Shown: positions 8,973 to 16,953, counted from the first letter of the stretch. The stretch is DNA of 32,982 bases from Methanobacteriota archaeon (GCA_027064305.1 JAMOPY010000012.1:1-32982); one strand, 5' to 3'. The notes: generated by a model from the sequence alone, not told the origin. Translations and numbers: made by a program.

Positions 8973-10309
8973 CCCGATCTCAGGTTGAACGGCCCCTCGA
9001 TGAGCGCGTGCGGGCCTCCGTCGGACACGGGGACCAGCTGGCCGCCCTTGCCGCAGTACCCGGCGTGCAGGCGCCGCTCCCTGGAGAGCAGGAGGACGCC
9101 GCGGAGGAGTCGCAGCGTGTGCCCGGTGAGCCCGACGTCGCGCACGGGGCGGGCCGGCTCGCCGTCCTCCAGAACGTAGCCCATCTTGGCCGAGAACTGG
9201 AAGTGACCCGTGGTCGTGTCCGTCTGGCCGCCCTTGGAGCCCAGCAGGTAGACGGACCCGTCCCCCGCCTCCTCGAACAGCTCCTCCCGGTCCGCGTCCC
9301 CGGGCTCCACGTACGTCACGCTCATCCGCACCTGCACGTGGTCGCCCAGGGTCTCGGCCCGGCCGTTCCCGGTCGGGGGCGCGTCCAGCTCCGCCGCCGT
9401 GGTCAGGTCGGTCAGGTAGGCTCGGAGCACCCCGTCCTCCACGAGGACGGTGCGGCGGGCATCGACCCCCTCGTCGTCGAACGGGTAGGCCCCGAAGGGT
9501 CCGGGCTCGGTGGGGTCGTCCACGATCGTGACGGCCTCGGATGCGACCCGCTCCCCGAGCCTGCCCCGCAGGATGGACTCGCCGCGGGCGACGAGGTCGC
9601 CCTCGGTGGCGTGTCCGAACGCCTCGTGCACGAGGACGCCGAGGAGCTCGGGGTCGAGCACCGCGCGCTCGACTCGGTCCGGCCCGGGCTCGGCCCTCAG
9701 CAGGTCGCGCAGCCGTCGGGAGGCGCGGTCGAGGAGGGTCTCGGCGCGCTCCAGGAACCGCTCCGGGCCCGCGGCGGTGGCCCCCTCCCGCTCGTGGTAC
9801 TCCTCCCGCCCGTGCTCGCCCCGGTCGCTGACGCGGACGCCGAAGGAGGTCTGGTGCAGCCGGGCCTCCACCTCGGTCCCCCAGGTGGTCAGGATCCGGT
9901 ACCGGAGGGCGAGGGAGACGCAGCGGACCTCGCAGTCGTGGGGGGAGTTCCTGGAGAGGTCCAGGGCGAGCTCGGTCACCTCGTCCAGGGCGTCGAGGGG
10001 GTGGGTGCGGCCGGTCCAGTCGTGCCGCCCGGTCGCGGCGGGGGGCTCGTCGGGGAGGTCGGCGGTTCCGCGGCCCGGGACGCGGACGGCGGCCTTAAAG
10101 GGGTCCCGCCCGTCGGGTTGGTCGGCGTGGACCACGCGCCAGCTCCCGTCCTTTAGGAGCCTTAGCGCGGCGCCGCGGTGCCGCTCCGGGTCCGCCAGTC
10201 GCAGCTCGCCGTTCACGGCCTCCACCTCGATGCGGTCGGCCCGGAGCTCGTAGGCGATCGCGGCGTCCGCGTGCTCCTCCGCTCGGTTCAGGAGTCGTTC
10301 CGCGTCCAC
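8969..10309 (-). CDS. tldD: TldD family metalloprotease
   Basis: HEAFGH metal motif, FDDEGV, TGNGRA, VRMS, GGQ, GYCGKGGQLVPVSDGGPH. Confidence 0.95.
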   Translation of the reverse strand: MDAERLLNRAEEHADAAIAYELRADRIEVEAVNGELRLADPERHRGAALRLLKDGSWRVVHADQPDGRDPFKAAVRVPGRGTADLPDEPPAATGRHDWTGRTHPLDALDEVTELALDLSRNSPHDCEVRCVSLALRYRILTTWGTEVEARLHQTSFGVRVSDRGEHGREEYHEREGATAAGPERFLERAETLLDRASRRLRDLLRAEPGPDRVERAVLDPELLGVLVHEAFGHATEGDLVARGESILRGRLGERVASEAVTIVDDPTEPGPFGAYPFDDEGVDARRTVLVEDGVLRAYLTDLTTAAELDAPPTGNGRAETLGDHVQVRMSVTYVEPGDADREELFEEAGDGSVYLLGSKGGQTDTTTGHFQFSAKMGYVLEDGEPARPVRDVGLTGHTLRLLRGVLLLSRERRLHAGYCGKGGQLVPVSDGGPHALIEGPFNLRSG

Positions 10310-10313
10310 GGGG

Positions 10314-10778
10314 GTGCCCCCGGTGGAGCGGTACGTGCGGATCGTGGAGGGGATCCTGGCGTATCAGTTCGGGAGGGCCGCGGCGCGGGCGATGCTGGAT
10401 GGGGAGGTAGAGGTGAGGGTGTGTCGGGGTCGGCCTCGTGAAATTTTCGTGGACGGGAGGCGCCTGTGCACGATCCGGGCGTCGGACGGGTTGGCGTCGT
10501 TGGCGCCCGAGGGGGCGCGTCGGCTGCACGAGGTGACGGAGTTTCCGGAGCACCGGGTGGTGTGCTCCGAGGAGTGGGCGGACGCGGTTCGGCGGGGTCG
10601 GGACCTGTTCTGCGAGTACGCGGTGGAGGGGTGGGAGGAGCTGCGGCCCGGGGACGAGTGCCTGGTCGTGACGGAGGATGACGAGCTGCTGGCCGTGGGG
10701 CGGGCGCGCCTCTCCGGGTGGGAGGTGCGGTACTTCGAGGATGGGGTGGCCGTGCGGGTCCGGCGCGGGCTGGGCTGA
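10314..10778 (+). CDS. Stand-alone PUA domain protein resembling the C-terminal part of archaeosine tRNA-guanine transglycosylase
   Basis: [46 protein letters not shown]. Confidence 0.88.
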   Translation: MPPVERYVRIVEGILAYQFGRAAARAMLDGEVEVRVCRGRPREIFVDGRRLCTIRASDGLASLAPEGARRLHEVTEFPEHRVVCSEEWADAVRRGRDLFCEYAVEGWEELRPGDECLVVTEDDELLAVGRARLSGWEVRYFEDGVAVRVRRGLG

Positions 10779-10782
10779 GTGG

Positions 10783-10789
10783 TTTTTTA
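10783..10789 (+). promoter_or_regulatory. T-tract: terminator of the PUA gene and/or TATA box for nac
   Basis: TTTTTTA just after the PUA stop and about 35 nt before the nac start. Confidence 0.4.
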
Positions 10790-10822
10790 GGCCCGGGATC
10801 GTTGGGTACGGGGGCGTCGCGC

Positions 10823-11188
10823 TTGTTCCCGGGAGGGAAGATCGATCCCCGGAAGCTTCAGCGGTTGATGCGGGAGATGCAGGAGGCGATGGAGCAGGAG
10901 GAGGTGAAGGTCGAACGGGTCGTCATGGAGCTGAAGGATGGTTCGAGGCTGGTCTTCGAGAGGCCTCAGGTGGTCCGGATGAGGCTGATGGGGCAGGAGT
11001 TCTACCAGGTGGCCGGGAAGGCCCGCCGCGAGGAGCCTGAGGAGTCGAAGGAGGAGCCGCCGTTCACGGAGGAGGACGTCAAGCTGGTCGCGGAGCGCGC
11101 CGGCGTGTCGGAGGAGGAGGCGCGGAGGGCGCTGGAGGAGACGGGCGGGGACCTGGCGGAGGCCATCATGCGGCTGCAGGAGGACTGA
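10823..11188 (+). CDS. nac: Nascent polypeptide-associated complex protein
   Basis: TTG start at 10823 gives [16 protein letters not shown]; YQVAG; UBA domain [36 protein letters not shown]. Confidence 0.95.
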   Translation: MFPGGKIDPRKLQRLMREMQEAMEQEEVKVERVVMELKDGSRLVFERPQVVRMRLMGQEFYQVAGKARREEPEESKEEPPFTEEDVKLVAERAGVSEEEARRALEETGGDLAEAIMRLQED

Positions 11189-11197
11189 CCGTGCCGC

Positions 11198-11231
11198 TTT
11201 TAACGGTCGGGGGCGGCCACCCGCCCGACCG
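11198..11231 (+). promoter_or_regulatory. TATA-like TTTTAA followed by a GC inverted repeat upstream of fbp
   Basis: TTTTAA 11198-11203, then cggtcgg-gg-gcgg (ccac) ccgc-ccgaccg at 11204-11231. Confidence 0.45.
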
Positions 11232-11234
11232 GGG

Positions 11235-12368
11235 GTGCGCTGGTTGTCCGAGGAGGGTGAGAAGATCACCGTAAGCGTGATCAAGGCGGACGTGGGCGGC
11301 TTCCCGGGTCACTCGGAGGCGCACCCGGACCTGCTGGAGGCGTGCGAGGGCGTGCTGGAGGAGGCGAAGGACGAGATCCTGATCGACTACTACGTGACCC
11401 GGTGCGGCGACGACATCGACCTGATCATGACCCACACGCGCGGGGTTGACGACGAGAAGGTGCACGAGCTGGCGTGGAACGCGTTCCAGGAGGCGACGGA
11501 GGTCGCCAAGGACCTGAAGCTGTACGGTGCCGGTCAGGACCTGCTGTCCGACGCGTTCAGCGGGAACGTGCGCGGGCTGGGTCCGGGCGCGGCCGAGATG
11601 GAGCTCCTGGAGCGGCCCAGCGAGCCGATCGTCGTGTTCTGCTGCGACAAGACGGAGCCGAGCGCGTTCAACCTGCCGCTGTTCCGCATCTTCGCGGACC
11701 CGAACAACACGGCCGGCCTGGTGCTGGACCCGAGCATGCACGACGGGTTCGAGTTCGAGGTGCACGACGTGATCGACCAGAAGAAGGTGATCCTGCGGTG
11801 CCCGGAGGAGATGTACGACCTGCTCGCCCTGATCGGGCAGACCCAGCGTTACGCGATCAAGCGGGTGTACAAGAAGGGTGACGGGCCCGAGGAGGAGCGG
11901 ATCGCCGCGGTGACCAGCACCGAGCGGCTCAACCTGATCGCGGGCGAGTACGTGGGGAAGGACGACCCGGTCGCGATCGTCCGCTGCCAGAGCGGGTTCC
12001 CGGCGCTCGGTGAGGTGCTGGAGCCGTTCGCCCTGCCGCACCTGGTGGCCGGGTGGATGCGCGGCAGTCACAACGGCCCGCTGATGCCGGTCTCCGAGGA
12101 CGACGCGCACCCGACCCGGTTCGACGGGCCCCCAAGGATCATGGCCTTGGGTTTCCAGCTGCGCAACGGCGAGCTGATCGGGCCGCAGGACCTCTTCGAC
12201 GATCCCGCCTTCGACCGGGCCCGGAGGCTGGCGAACGAGATCGCCGACTACATCCGCAGCCACGGTCCGTTCCAGCCGCACCTGCTGTCCGAGGAGGAGC
12301 TGGAGTACACCACGCTGCCCGACGTGCTGAAGAAGCTAGAGGACCGCTTCGAGGACCTGGAGGACTAG
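11235..12368 (+). CDS. fbp: Fructose-1,6-bisphosphate aldolase/phosphatase (FBPase class V)
   Basis: SVIKADVG, GDDIDLIMTH, LYGAGQDLL, FSGNVRG, EYVGKDDP, GWMRGSHNGP, RFDGPP, HGPFQPH. The start may be TTG 11244. Confidence 0.98.
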   Translation: MRWLSEEGEKITVSVIKADVGGFPGHSEAHPDLLEACEGVLEEAKDEILIDYYVTRCGDDIDLIMTHTRGVDDEKVHELAWNAFQEATEVAKDLKLYGAGQDLLSDAFSGNVRGLGPGAAEMELLERPSEPIVVFCCDKTEPSAFNLPLFRIFADPNNTAGLVLDPSMHDGFEFEVHDVIDQKKVILRCPEEMYDLLALIGQTQRYAIKRVYKKGDGPEEERIAAVTSTERLNLIAGEYVGKDDPVAIVRCQSGFPALGEVLEPFALPHLVAGWMRGSHNGPLMPVSEDDAHPTRFDGPPRIMALGFQLRNGELIGPQDLFDDPAFDRARRLANEIADYIRSHGPFQPHLLSEEELEYTTLPDVLKKLEDRFEDLED

Positions 12369-13192
12369 ACCAGCGGGGCCAGGAAGGCCAGCAGGCCCAG
12401 CAGCATCCCCGCCTTGACCGCCCGCTGCGCCCTTCCCACGTCCCACCCCCGGCACGCGAGGAGGGACGCACCGAGGATCACCGCGGCCGCCGGCAGCGCC
12501 AGGACCGGGTAGGGCCAACCCACCGCCCCGCGCAGGTAGGGGACCGGGGTCAGCGCCAGCAGCACCCCGGCGATCGCGGCGGCCGTGCGCAGGGCCACCC
12601 GCTCCCCGCACACGATCGGCAGCGTGCGCAGGCCGAGGGCCGCGTCCCCCTCCACGTCCTCCACGTCCTTGAGGATCTCCCGCACGAGGTTGGCCAGGAA
12701 CGCGAGGGCGAACATCCACGCGGCGGGCGCCGGCCGCGCGCCCACGGCCGCCCCGAACAGGAAGCACGAGCCCACGAGGTAGGAGACGACCGCGTTCCCC
12801 ACCAGGGGCGTTCCCTTCAGCCGCGCGGAGTACGCGTACAGCAGGACCGAGTTCACCGCGGCGATGAGGAGGCACGTCGGGTTGATCGCGGCCGCTAGGA
12901 GGGTTCCGAGGGCGAAGCAGCCCAGGGCGAACCGGTGGGCCGCCCGGCGCGAGACCCGACCGCTCGGGATGGGTCGGTCGGGCCGGTTGATCGCGTCCAC
13001 CTCCGCGTCGAAGTAGTCGTTGATCGCGTTCCCGCCCGCGCACACGATCGCCGCCGCGAGCGGGGCCAGCGCGGCCCGGACCGGATCCTGCACCCCGGCG
13101 ACCAGCTCCCCGATCAGCACCCCCACCGCGGCCATGGCGCAGTTGACGGGGCGGGCGAGCTCCAGGTACGCCCCGAGGCTCACCCCGTCCAC
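12365..13192 (-). CDS. Digeranylgeranylglyceryl phosphate synthase (UbiA family)
   Basis: RPVN, NDYFDAEVDAINRPDRPIPSG, REILKDVEDVEGD, multiple TM helices. Confidence 0.93.
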   Translation of the reverse strand: MDGVSLGAYLELARPVNCAMAAVGVLIGELVAGVQDPVRAALAPLAAAIVCAGGNAINDYFDAEVDAINRPDRPIPSGRVSRRAAHRFALGCFALGTLLAAAINPTCLLIAAVNSVLLYAYSARLKGTPLVGNAVVSYLVGSCFLFGAAVGARPAPAAWMFALAFLANLVREILKDVEDVEGDAALGLRTLPIVCGERVALRTAAAIAGVLLALTPVPYLRGAVGWPYPVLALPAAAVILGASLLACRGWDVGRAQRAVKAGMLLGLLAFLAPLV

Positions 13193-13195
13193 CCC

Positions 13196-13260
13196 GGGTA
13201 TGACGAGTGTGGGCCGTCTGGAGCCGCCGCGCGATGAAGACGCCTCGATTGGCCGACCCC
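13196..13260 (+). ncRNA. C/D box sRNA (2'-O-methylation guide) no. 1
   Basis: C ATGACGA 13200-06; 12-nt guide GTGTGGGCCGTC; D' TGGA 13219-22; C' ATGAAGA 13234-40; 12-nt guide CGCCTCGATTGG; D CCGA 13253-56; short GGG/CCC terminal stem. Fills the intergenic gap. Confidence 0.8.
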
Positions 13261-13261
13261 G

Positions 13262-14281
13262 CTACGTCACGAAGTGCAGCTTCGCGCCGCAGTACTCGCA
13301 GTGGAAGTCCTCCGTCACGTGCATCTCCGTGACCGCGAAGCCGCGGCGCTTCACCACGGGCCGCTTGCACTCCGGGCAGTACGTGTGCTCGTACTCGTGA
13401 CCCGGCACGTTCCCGGCGTACACGTAGTACAGCCCGACCTCGTACCCGATCCTCACGAACCGCTCGATCGTCTCCACGGGCGTGGGCGGCCGGTCCAGCA
13501 TCCGGTAGTCCGGGTGGAACCGGCTCACGTGCCAGGGCGTCTCCGGCCCGAGCTCCCGCTTGATCCAGCGGGCGAGCCTCCGCGCCTCCTCCTCCGAGTC
13601 GTTCAGCCCCGGGATCACGAGCGTGGTCACCTCCACGTGGACGCCCATCCTCTTCCAGATCTTGCAGGTGCGGAGCACCGGCTTCAACCGTCCCCGGGCC
13701 ACCTCCCGGTAGAACTCGTCCGTGAACGCCTTGAGGTCGACGTTGGCCGCGTCCAGGTGCTCACCCAGCAGCTCGGCGGTGGACCGGGTCGCGAACCCGT
13801 TGGTCACGTACACGCGGCCGAGCCCGGCCTCCCGGCACCGCTCGAACACCTCGATCGTGTACTCCAGGTTGATGATCGGCTCGTTGTACGTGAACGCGAC
13901 GCTCTCGCACCCGGTCCTCCGGGCGCCCCTCACGACCCGGTCGGCCGGCCACTCCTCCATCGGCACCTCCTCGGGGCTCGCCTGGCTGATCTGCCAGTTC
14001 TGGCAGTGGCGGCACCGGAGGTTGCAGCCCACGGTCCCGAGGGAGAACACGTCCGTCCCGGGCTTGTAGTGGAACAGCGGCTTCTTCTCGATCGGGTCCG
14101 GGACCGCCGTGCTGGCCCGGTTGTACGTGAGGAGCTTCAGCACGCCCCCCTCGTTCTCCCGGACGCGGCAGAACCCGCGCTCACCCTCCGGGATCGTGCA
14201 GCGGCGCGGGCAGACCAGGCACCGGACCGACCCGTCCTCCGCGCGCTCCCAGGAGCGTCCCTCCCACTCCTCCAGCCGCAT
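13262..14281 (-). CDS. amrS: AmmeMemoRadiSam radical SAM enzyme
   Basis: N-terminal CLVCPRRC...GFCRVR, DPIEKKPLFH, CNLRCRHCQNWQISQ, FTYNEP, SRFHPDY, YAGNVPG, C-terminal CPEC/CEYC. Confidence 0.96.
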   Translation of the reverse strand: MRLEEWEGRSWERAEDGSVRCLVCPRRCTIPEGERGFCRVRENEGGVLKLLTYNRASTAVPDPIEKKPLFHYKPGTDVFSLGTVGCNLRCRHCQNWQISQASPEEVPMEEWPADRVVRGARRTGCESVAFTYNEPIINLEYTIEVFERCREAGLGRVYVTNGFATRSTAELLGEHLDAANVDLKAFTDEFYREVARGRLKPVLRTCKIWKRMGVHVEVTTLVIPGLNDSEEEARRLARWIKRELGPETPWHVSRFHPDYRMLDRPPTPVETIERFVRIGYEVGLYYVYAGNVPGHEYEHTYCPECKRPVVKRRGFAVTEMHVTEDFHCEYCGAKLHFVT

Positions 14282-14320
14282 GAACTCACCCCTGCGGTGC
14301 CCGGCGGCGGCGGGTGGGTA

Positions 14321-14326
14321 CTTAAG
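14321..14326 (+). promoter_or_regulatory. TATA-like box (CTTAAG, palindromic) for sRNA no. 2 and possibly also for amrS
   Basis: About 28 nt before the C box at 14354 on + and about 40 nt before the amrS ATG on -. Confidence 0.5.
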
Positions 14327-14349
14327 TCCCCCGTCACCACCGGTCCCCG

Positions 14350-14418
14350 CGCCGTGACGACAGTCCCGCGCTGTAGAGGCCCGCCGGGCCGATGATAGGG
14401 CGGCTCATTGCCGAGCCC
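14350..14418 (+). ncRNA. C/D box sRNA no. 2 (degenerate internal boxes)
   Basis: C GTGACGA 14354-60; guide CAGTCCCGCG(CTG); D' CTGT 14371-74 or TAGA 14374-77; internal hairpin GGCCC-gcc-GGGCC; C'-like ATGATAG 14392-98; 12-nt guide GGCGGCTCATTG; D CCGA 14411-14; TATA-like box upstream. Confidence 0.65.
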
Positions 14419-14419
14419 C

Positions 14420-15700
14420 TCACAGCAGCCGATCGTACTCGGCCAGCAGGTCCCGCGGCTCCGGCTCCGACACCAGCCACAGCTTCGGCGGTGGGACCGT
14501 GCCCCGCTCCACCCGCCGATGGAACGGGTCCCGCAGCGCGTGCAGCCAGGGGGCCAGCAGCACCCTCGGGTACCCGGAGGGCGGGTCGAGCTCGGTGCAG
14601 CTGTACGCCATCTCCACCATGTCCACCCACGCCTCCGTCCCCTCCAGGAGCGCGACCGTCTCGGCCACCGTCCAGAGCCGGAGCAGGAGCCGCGAGCGCG
14701 CGGCCCGCCTCGCGAAGTCCAGCGGTCGCACCAGGACCCGGCCCCGGCCCATCCCCGCCAGCTCCCGGGCCCACCGGGTCCGGGCGTTCGGTGAGTAGGC
14801 GGCGGTGGGGTACCGAACGCCCAGCGCCCTGACGGCCCGCTTGTGCGCGTCGATCAGCCCGCGCAGCAGCCGGCGATCCCGGAGGACCTCCGCGACCAGC
14901 CTCCCCGCCTCCTCGACGTCCCTCCGGGTCCGGAAGTAGTGCAGCGAGGCGGCCACCGCGAGCCGCTGGCGCACCCGGTCGCGAACCTCCCTCAGCGCGC
15001 GCTCGTCCGCCCGTTGGGGTTCCGGGACCCCGGCGATCAGCTGGACCCGGGAGAGGAGGCTCAGGTACCGGCGGCGCGGGAGCTCCGGGGGGCGGTCCCC
15101 CAGGATGTGCGTGGGCGGGCCCGCGGCGTCCTCGGGCGCGCACTTCTCGGCCGGAACGCGGGTGGGTCCGGGCTCGCCCGGGGGCGTGGTGTACAGGAGG
15201 GCGTGCTCGCGCGTTCCCGGGCCCAGCAGCAGCGCGTGACCGCGGACGTTCAGCGCGAGCGCCGCGGCCGCGATGGGGTCGTACAGGATGGTGAACGATT
15301 CGAACAGGTCGTGTGGGCGCGGGGGACCGTGTCGGGCGTACCACAGCGCCGTCAGGTAGGCCCTCAGTGGCAGCCCCGCGGTGACCAGGTACTCGCCCTC
15401 CCGCTCGACGCCCGTCAGCACCAGGGGCTGTCCGGGATCCCAGTGCACCACGGCCTCCGGGTGGAGGCGAAGCGGGGAGCCGTTCACGCGCGACCGGTCG
15501 TCCGGGGGCCCGTGCACGCGCGCGATGAAAGGTCGGACGGGGCGCCCGCGCTCGTCCTCGGTCTCGGGCAGCTCCCTGACCCCTTCGGAGCGGGGCGGTC
15601 GAGCCACGTAGAGGGCGCCCGGGAAGACTGGGAGGGTGTCGGATTCGGGGTCGACGGCGTACAGGCCCCGGTGGAGGCGGCGGGCCCGGGCCCCCGTCAT
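14420..15700 (-). CDS. Hypothetical protein (426 aa), no recognisable family
   Basis: ATG start with GGGGTCA upstream, protein-like composition, fills the gap between sRNA loci. Confidence 0.7.
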   Translation of the reverse strand: MTGARARRLHRGLYAVDPESDTLPVFPGALYVARPPRSEGVRELPETEDERGRPVRPFIARVHGPPDDRSRVNGSPLRLHPEAVVHWDPGQPLVLTGVEREGEYLVTAGLPLRAYLTALWYARHGPPRPHDLFESFTILYDPIAAAALALNVRGHALLLGPGTREHALLYTTPPGEPGPTRVPAEKCAPEDAAGPPTHILGDRPPELPRRRYLSLLSRVQLIAGVPEPQRADERALREVRDRVRQRLAVAASLHYFRTRRDVEEAGRLVAEVLRDRRLLRGLIDAHKRAVRALGVRYPTAAYSPNARTRWARELAGMGRGRVLVRPLDFARRAARSRLLLRLWTVAETVALLEGTEAWVDMVEMAYSCTELDPPSGYPRVLLAPWLHALRDPFHRRVERGTVPPPKLWLVSEPEPRDLLAEYDRLL

Positions 15701-15716
15701 TCCGCCGGTGACCCCT

Positions 15717-15773
15717 GGGCTCGGTACGCCTGCCCCTCATCACGCGTCAGGGCCCGAATGGTTCCTCATCGCC
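15717..15773 (-). ncRNA. C/D box sRNA no. 3 (second of a tandem pair)
   Basis: Minus strand: C ATGAGGA 15769-63; guide ACCATTCGGGCC; D' CTGA 15750-47; C' GTGATGA 15743-37; guide GGGGCAGGCGTA; D CCGA 15724-21; GGC/GCC stem. Confidence 0.85.
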
Positions 15774-15834
15774 GGGTCGGTTAGCGGCACCGGTCTTCAT
15801 CCGGTCCGTGGCCTAAAGGCTCCTCATCCCCGGC
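15771..15834 (-). ncRNA. C/D box sRNA no. 4 (first of a tandem pair)
   Basis: Minus strand: C ATGAGGA 15827-21; guide GCCTTTAGGCCA; D' CGGA 15808-05; C' ATGAAGA 15800-15794; guide CCGGTGCCGCTAA; D CCGA 15780-77; 6-bp terminal stem GCCGGG/CCCGGC. Confidence 0.85.
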
Positions 15835-15883
15835 CGGGTCCCCGGCCGCGCGGGCCGGCGGACGTCACGCGTTCGGCGACCCG

Positions 15884-15966
15884 TTTCGTTCATGGTTTTC
15901 TACTTAAATGATGCCGCTTCTAACGTCCTGTTAAGCCCGAGGTAACCTTAATATTTCCGGGAAAAT
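15884..15966. promoter_or_regulatory. AT-rich divergent promoter region (sRNA pair plus orphan gene on -, radA on +)
   Basis: Minus-strand TTTAAG around 15903-15908; plus-strand TTAATAT around 15948-15954, about 38 nt before the radA GTG; SD-like GGAGGGGGTGA before radA. Confidence 0.6.
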
Positions 15967-15991
15967 CCGGCCCCGGAGGGGGTGAGCGACC

Positions 15992-16945
15992 GTGGTTGAG
16001 GAGGACGTGGTCAAGGTCACCTCCCAGTACCTGCGGCGCAGCGAGGATCAGATCGCGGAGGTGTACGAGCAGCTGGGGATCGAGACGCTGAGCGATCTGG
16101 CCGCCTCGAGGCCGGACGAGATCGCGCGCGCGTTCGGGATCAGCGAGAAGACGGCCAGGAACATCGTCCGGGACGCGAGGAAGGAGGCGAGCAAGGGGAT
16201 CGCGGAGCCGAAGACGCTGGCCGAGCTGCTGGAGGAGGAGGCGGAGCGGGACGTGATCCCGACGGGCATCGAGAGCTTCGACGAGCACATGGGCGGCGGT
16301 CTGCCGACGAAGACGATCGTGGGCATCTACGGGCCGCCGGGGGCGGGGAAGTCGCAGTTCGCGATGCAGGTGGCCGCGAACGTGCTGCGGGAGGGCGGGT
16401 CGGTGCTGTACGTGGACACGGAGAACGCGTTCAGCCCGCGGCGGTTGATCGAGATCGGCGGGTTCGACGAGGAGGAGGCGAGGGAGAAGATCGGCGACCG
16501 GTTCGTGCTGCGCCGGATCGTGGAGGCCGCGGCCCTGACGCAGTATTTCGACGAGGAGGAGGGCGAGTTCCTGGGGGAGGCGCTGAGGCTCGCCCCGAAG
16601 GTGGTGGTGATCGACTCGATCTCGCAGCCGTTCCGTCCCTACGGGGCGCGCGATAAGCTGCCGGAGCGTTCGCGGATGGTGGCGAAGATCCTGAACGCGG
16701 TGCTGAAGTACTGCACGCGGCACAACGCGCTGGGGCTGGTAACGACGCACGTGCAGGCGAACCCGGACGCGTTCGGTAAGCGGTGGCAGGACGTGGCGCC
16801 CACCGTGCTTAAGCACATCGCCACGTACCGGTTCAGCATCGAGTTCAAGGGCCGCACGGAGCGGGTGATCGCGCTGGAGGACGCGCCCGACAAGCCGCCG
16901 TTCGAGGTGGAGGTGGAGCTGACCGACCGCGGCCTGGTCGGTTAA
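15992..16945 (+). CDS. radA: RadA-family recombinase (divergent), with N-terminal HhH domain
   Basis: N-terminal domain (GIETLSDLA..GISEKTARNI), PTGIESFDEHMGGG, Walker A GPPGAGKSQ, YVDTENAFSPRR, Walker B VVVIDS, LEDAP. Confidence 0.8.
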   Translation: MVEEDVVKVTSQYLRRSEDQIAEVYEQLGIETLSDLAASRPDEIARAFGISEKTARNIVRDARKEASKGIAEPKTLAELLEEEAERDVIPTGIESFDEHMGGGLPTKTIVGIYGPPGAGKSQFAMQVAANVLREGGSVLYVDTENAFSPRRLIEIGGFDEEEAREKIGDRFVLRRIVEAAALTQYFDEEEGEFLGEALRLAPKVVVIDSISQPFRPYGARDKLPERSRMVAKILNAVLKYCTRHNALGLVTTHVQANPDAFGKRWQDVAPTVLKHIATYRFSIEFKGRTERVIALEDAPDKPPFEVEVELTDRGLVG

Positions 16946-16953
16946 GCGGAGGG

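Noticed and set aside
14361-14390. tRNA-Tyr-like CTGTAGA anticodon loop
   Set aside because: No flanking anticodon stem, T arm or cloverleaf.
15721-15830. Periodic TCATC/TCGG repeats about 27-31 nt apart, resembling a mini-CRISPR
   Set aside because: The repeats are only 4-7 nt with 12-13 nt spacers and are fully explained as C and D boxes.
15908-15940. Possible sixth C/D sRNA (ATGATGC...CTGT...CCGA)
   Set aside because: No C' box or second guide, and it overlaps the promoter region.
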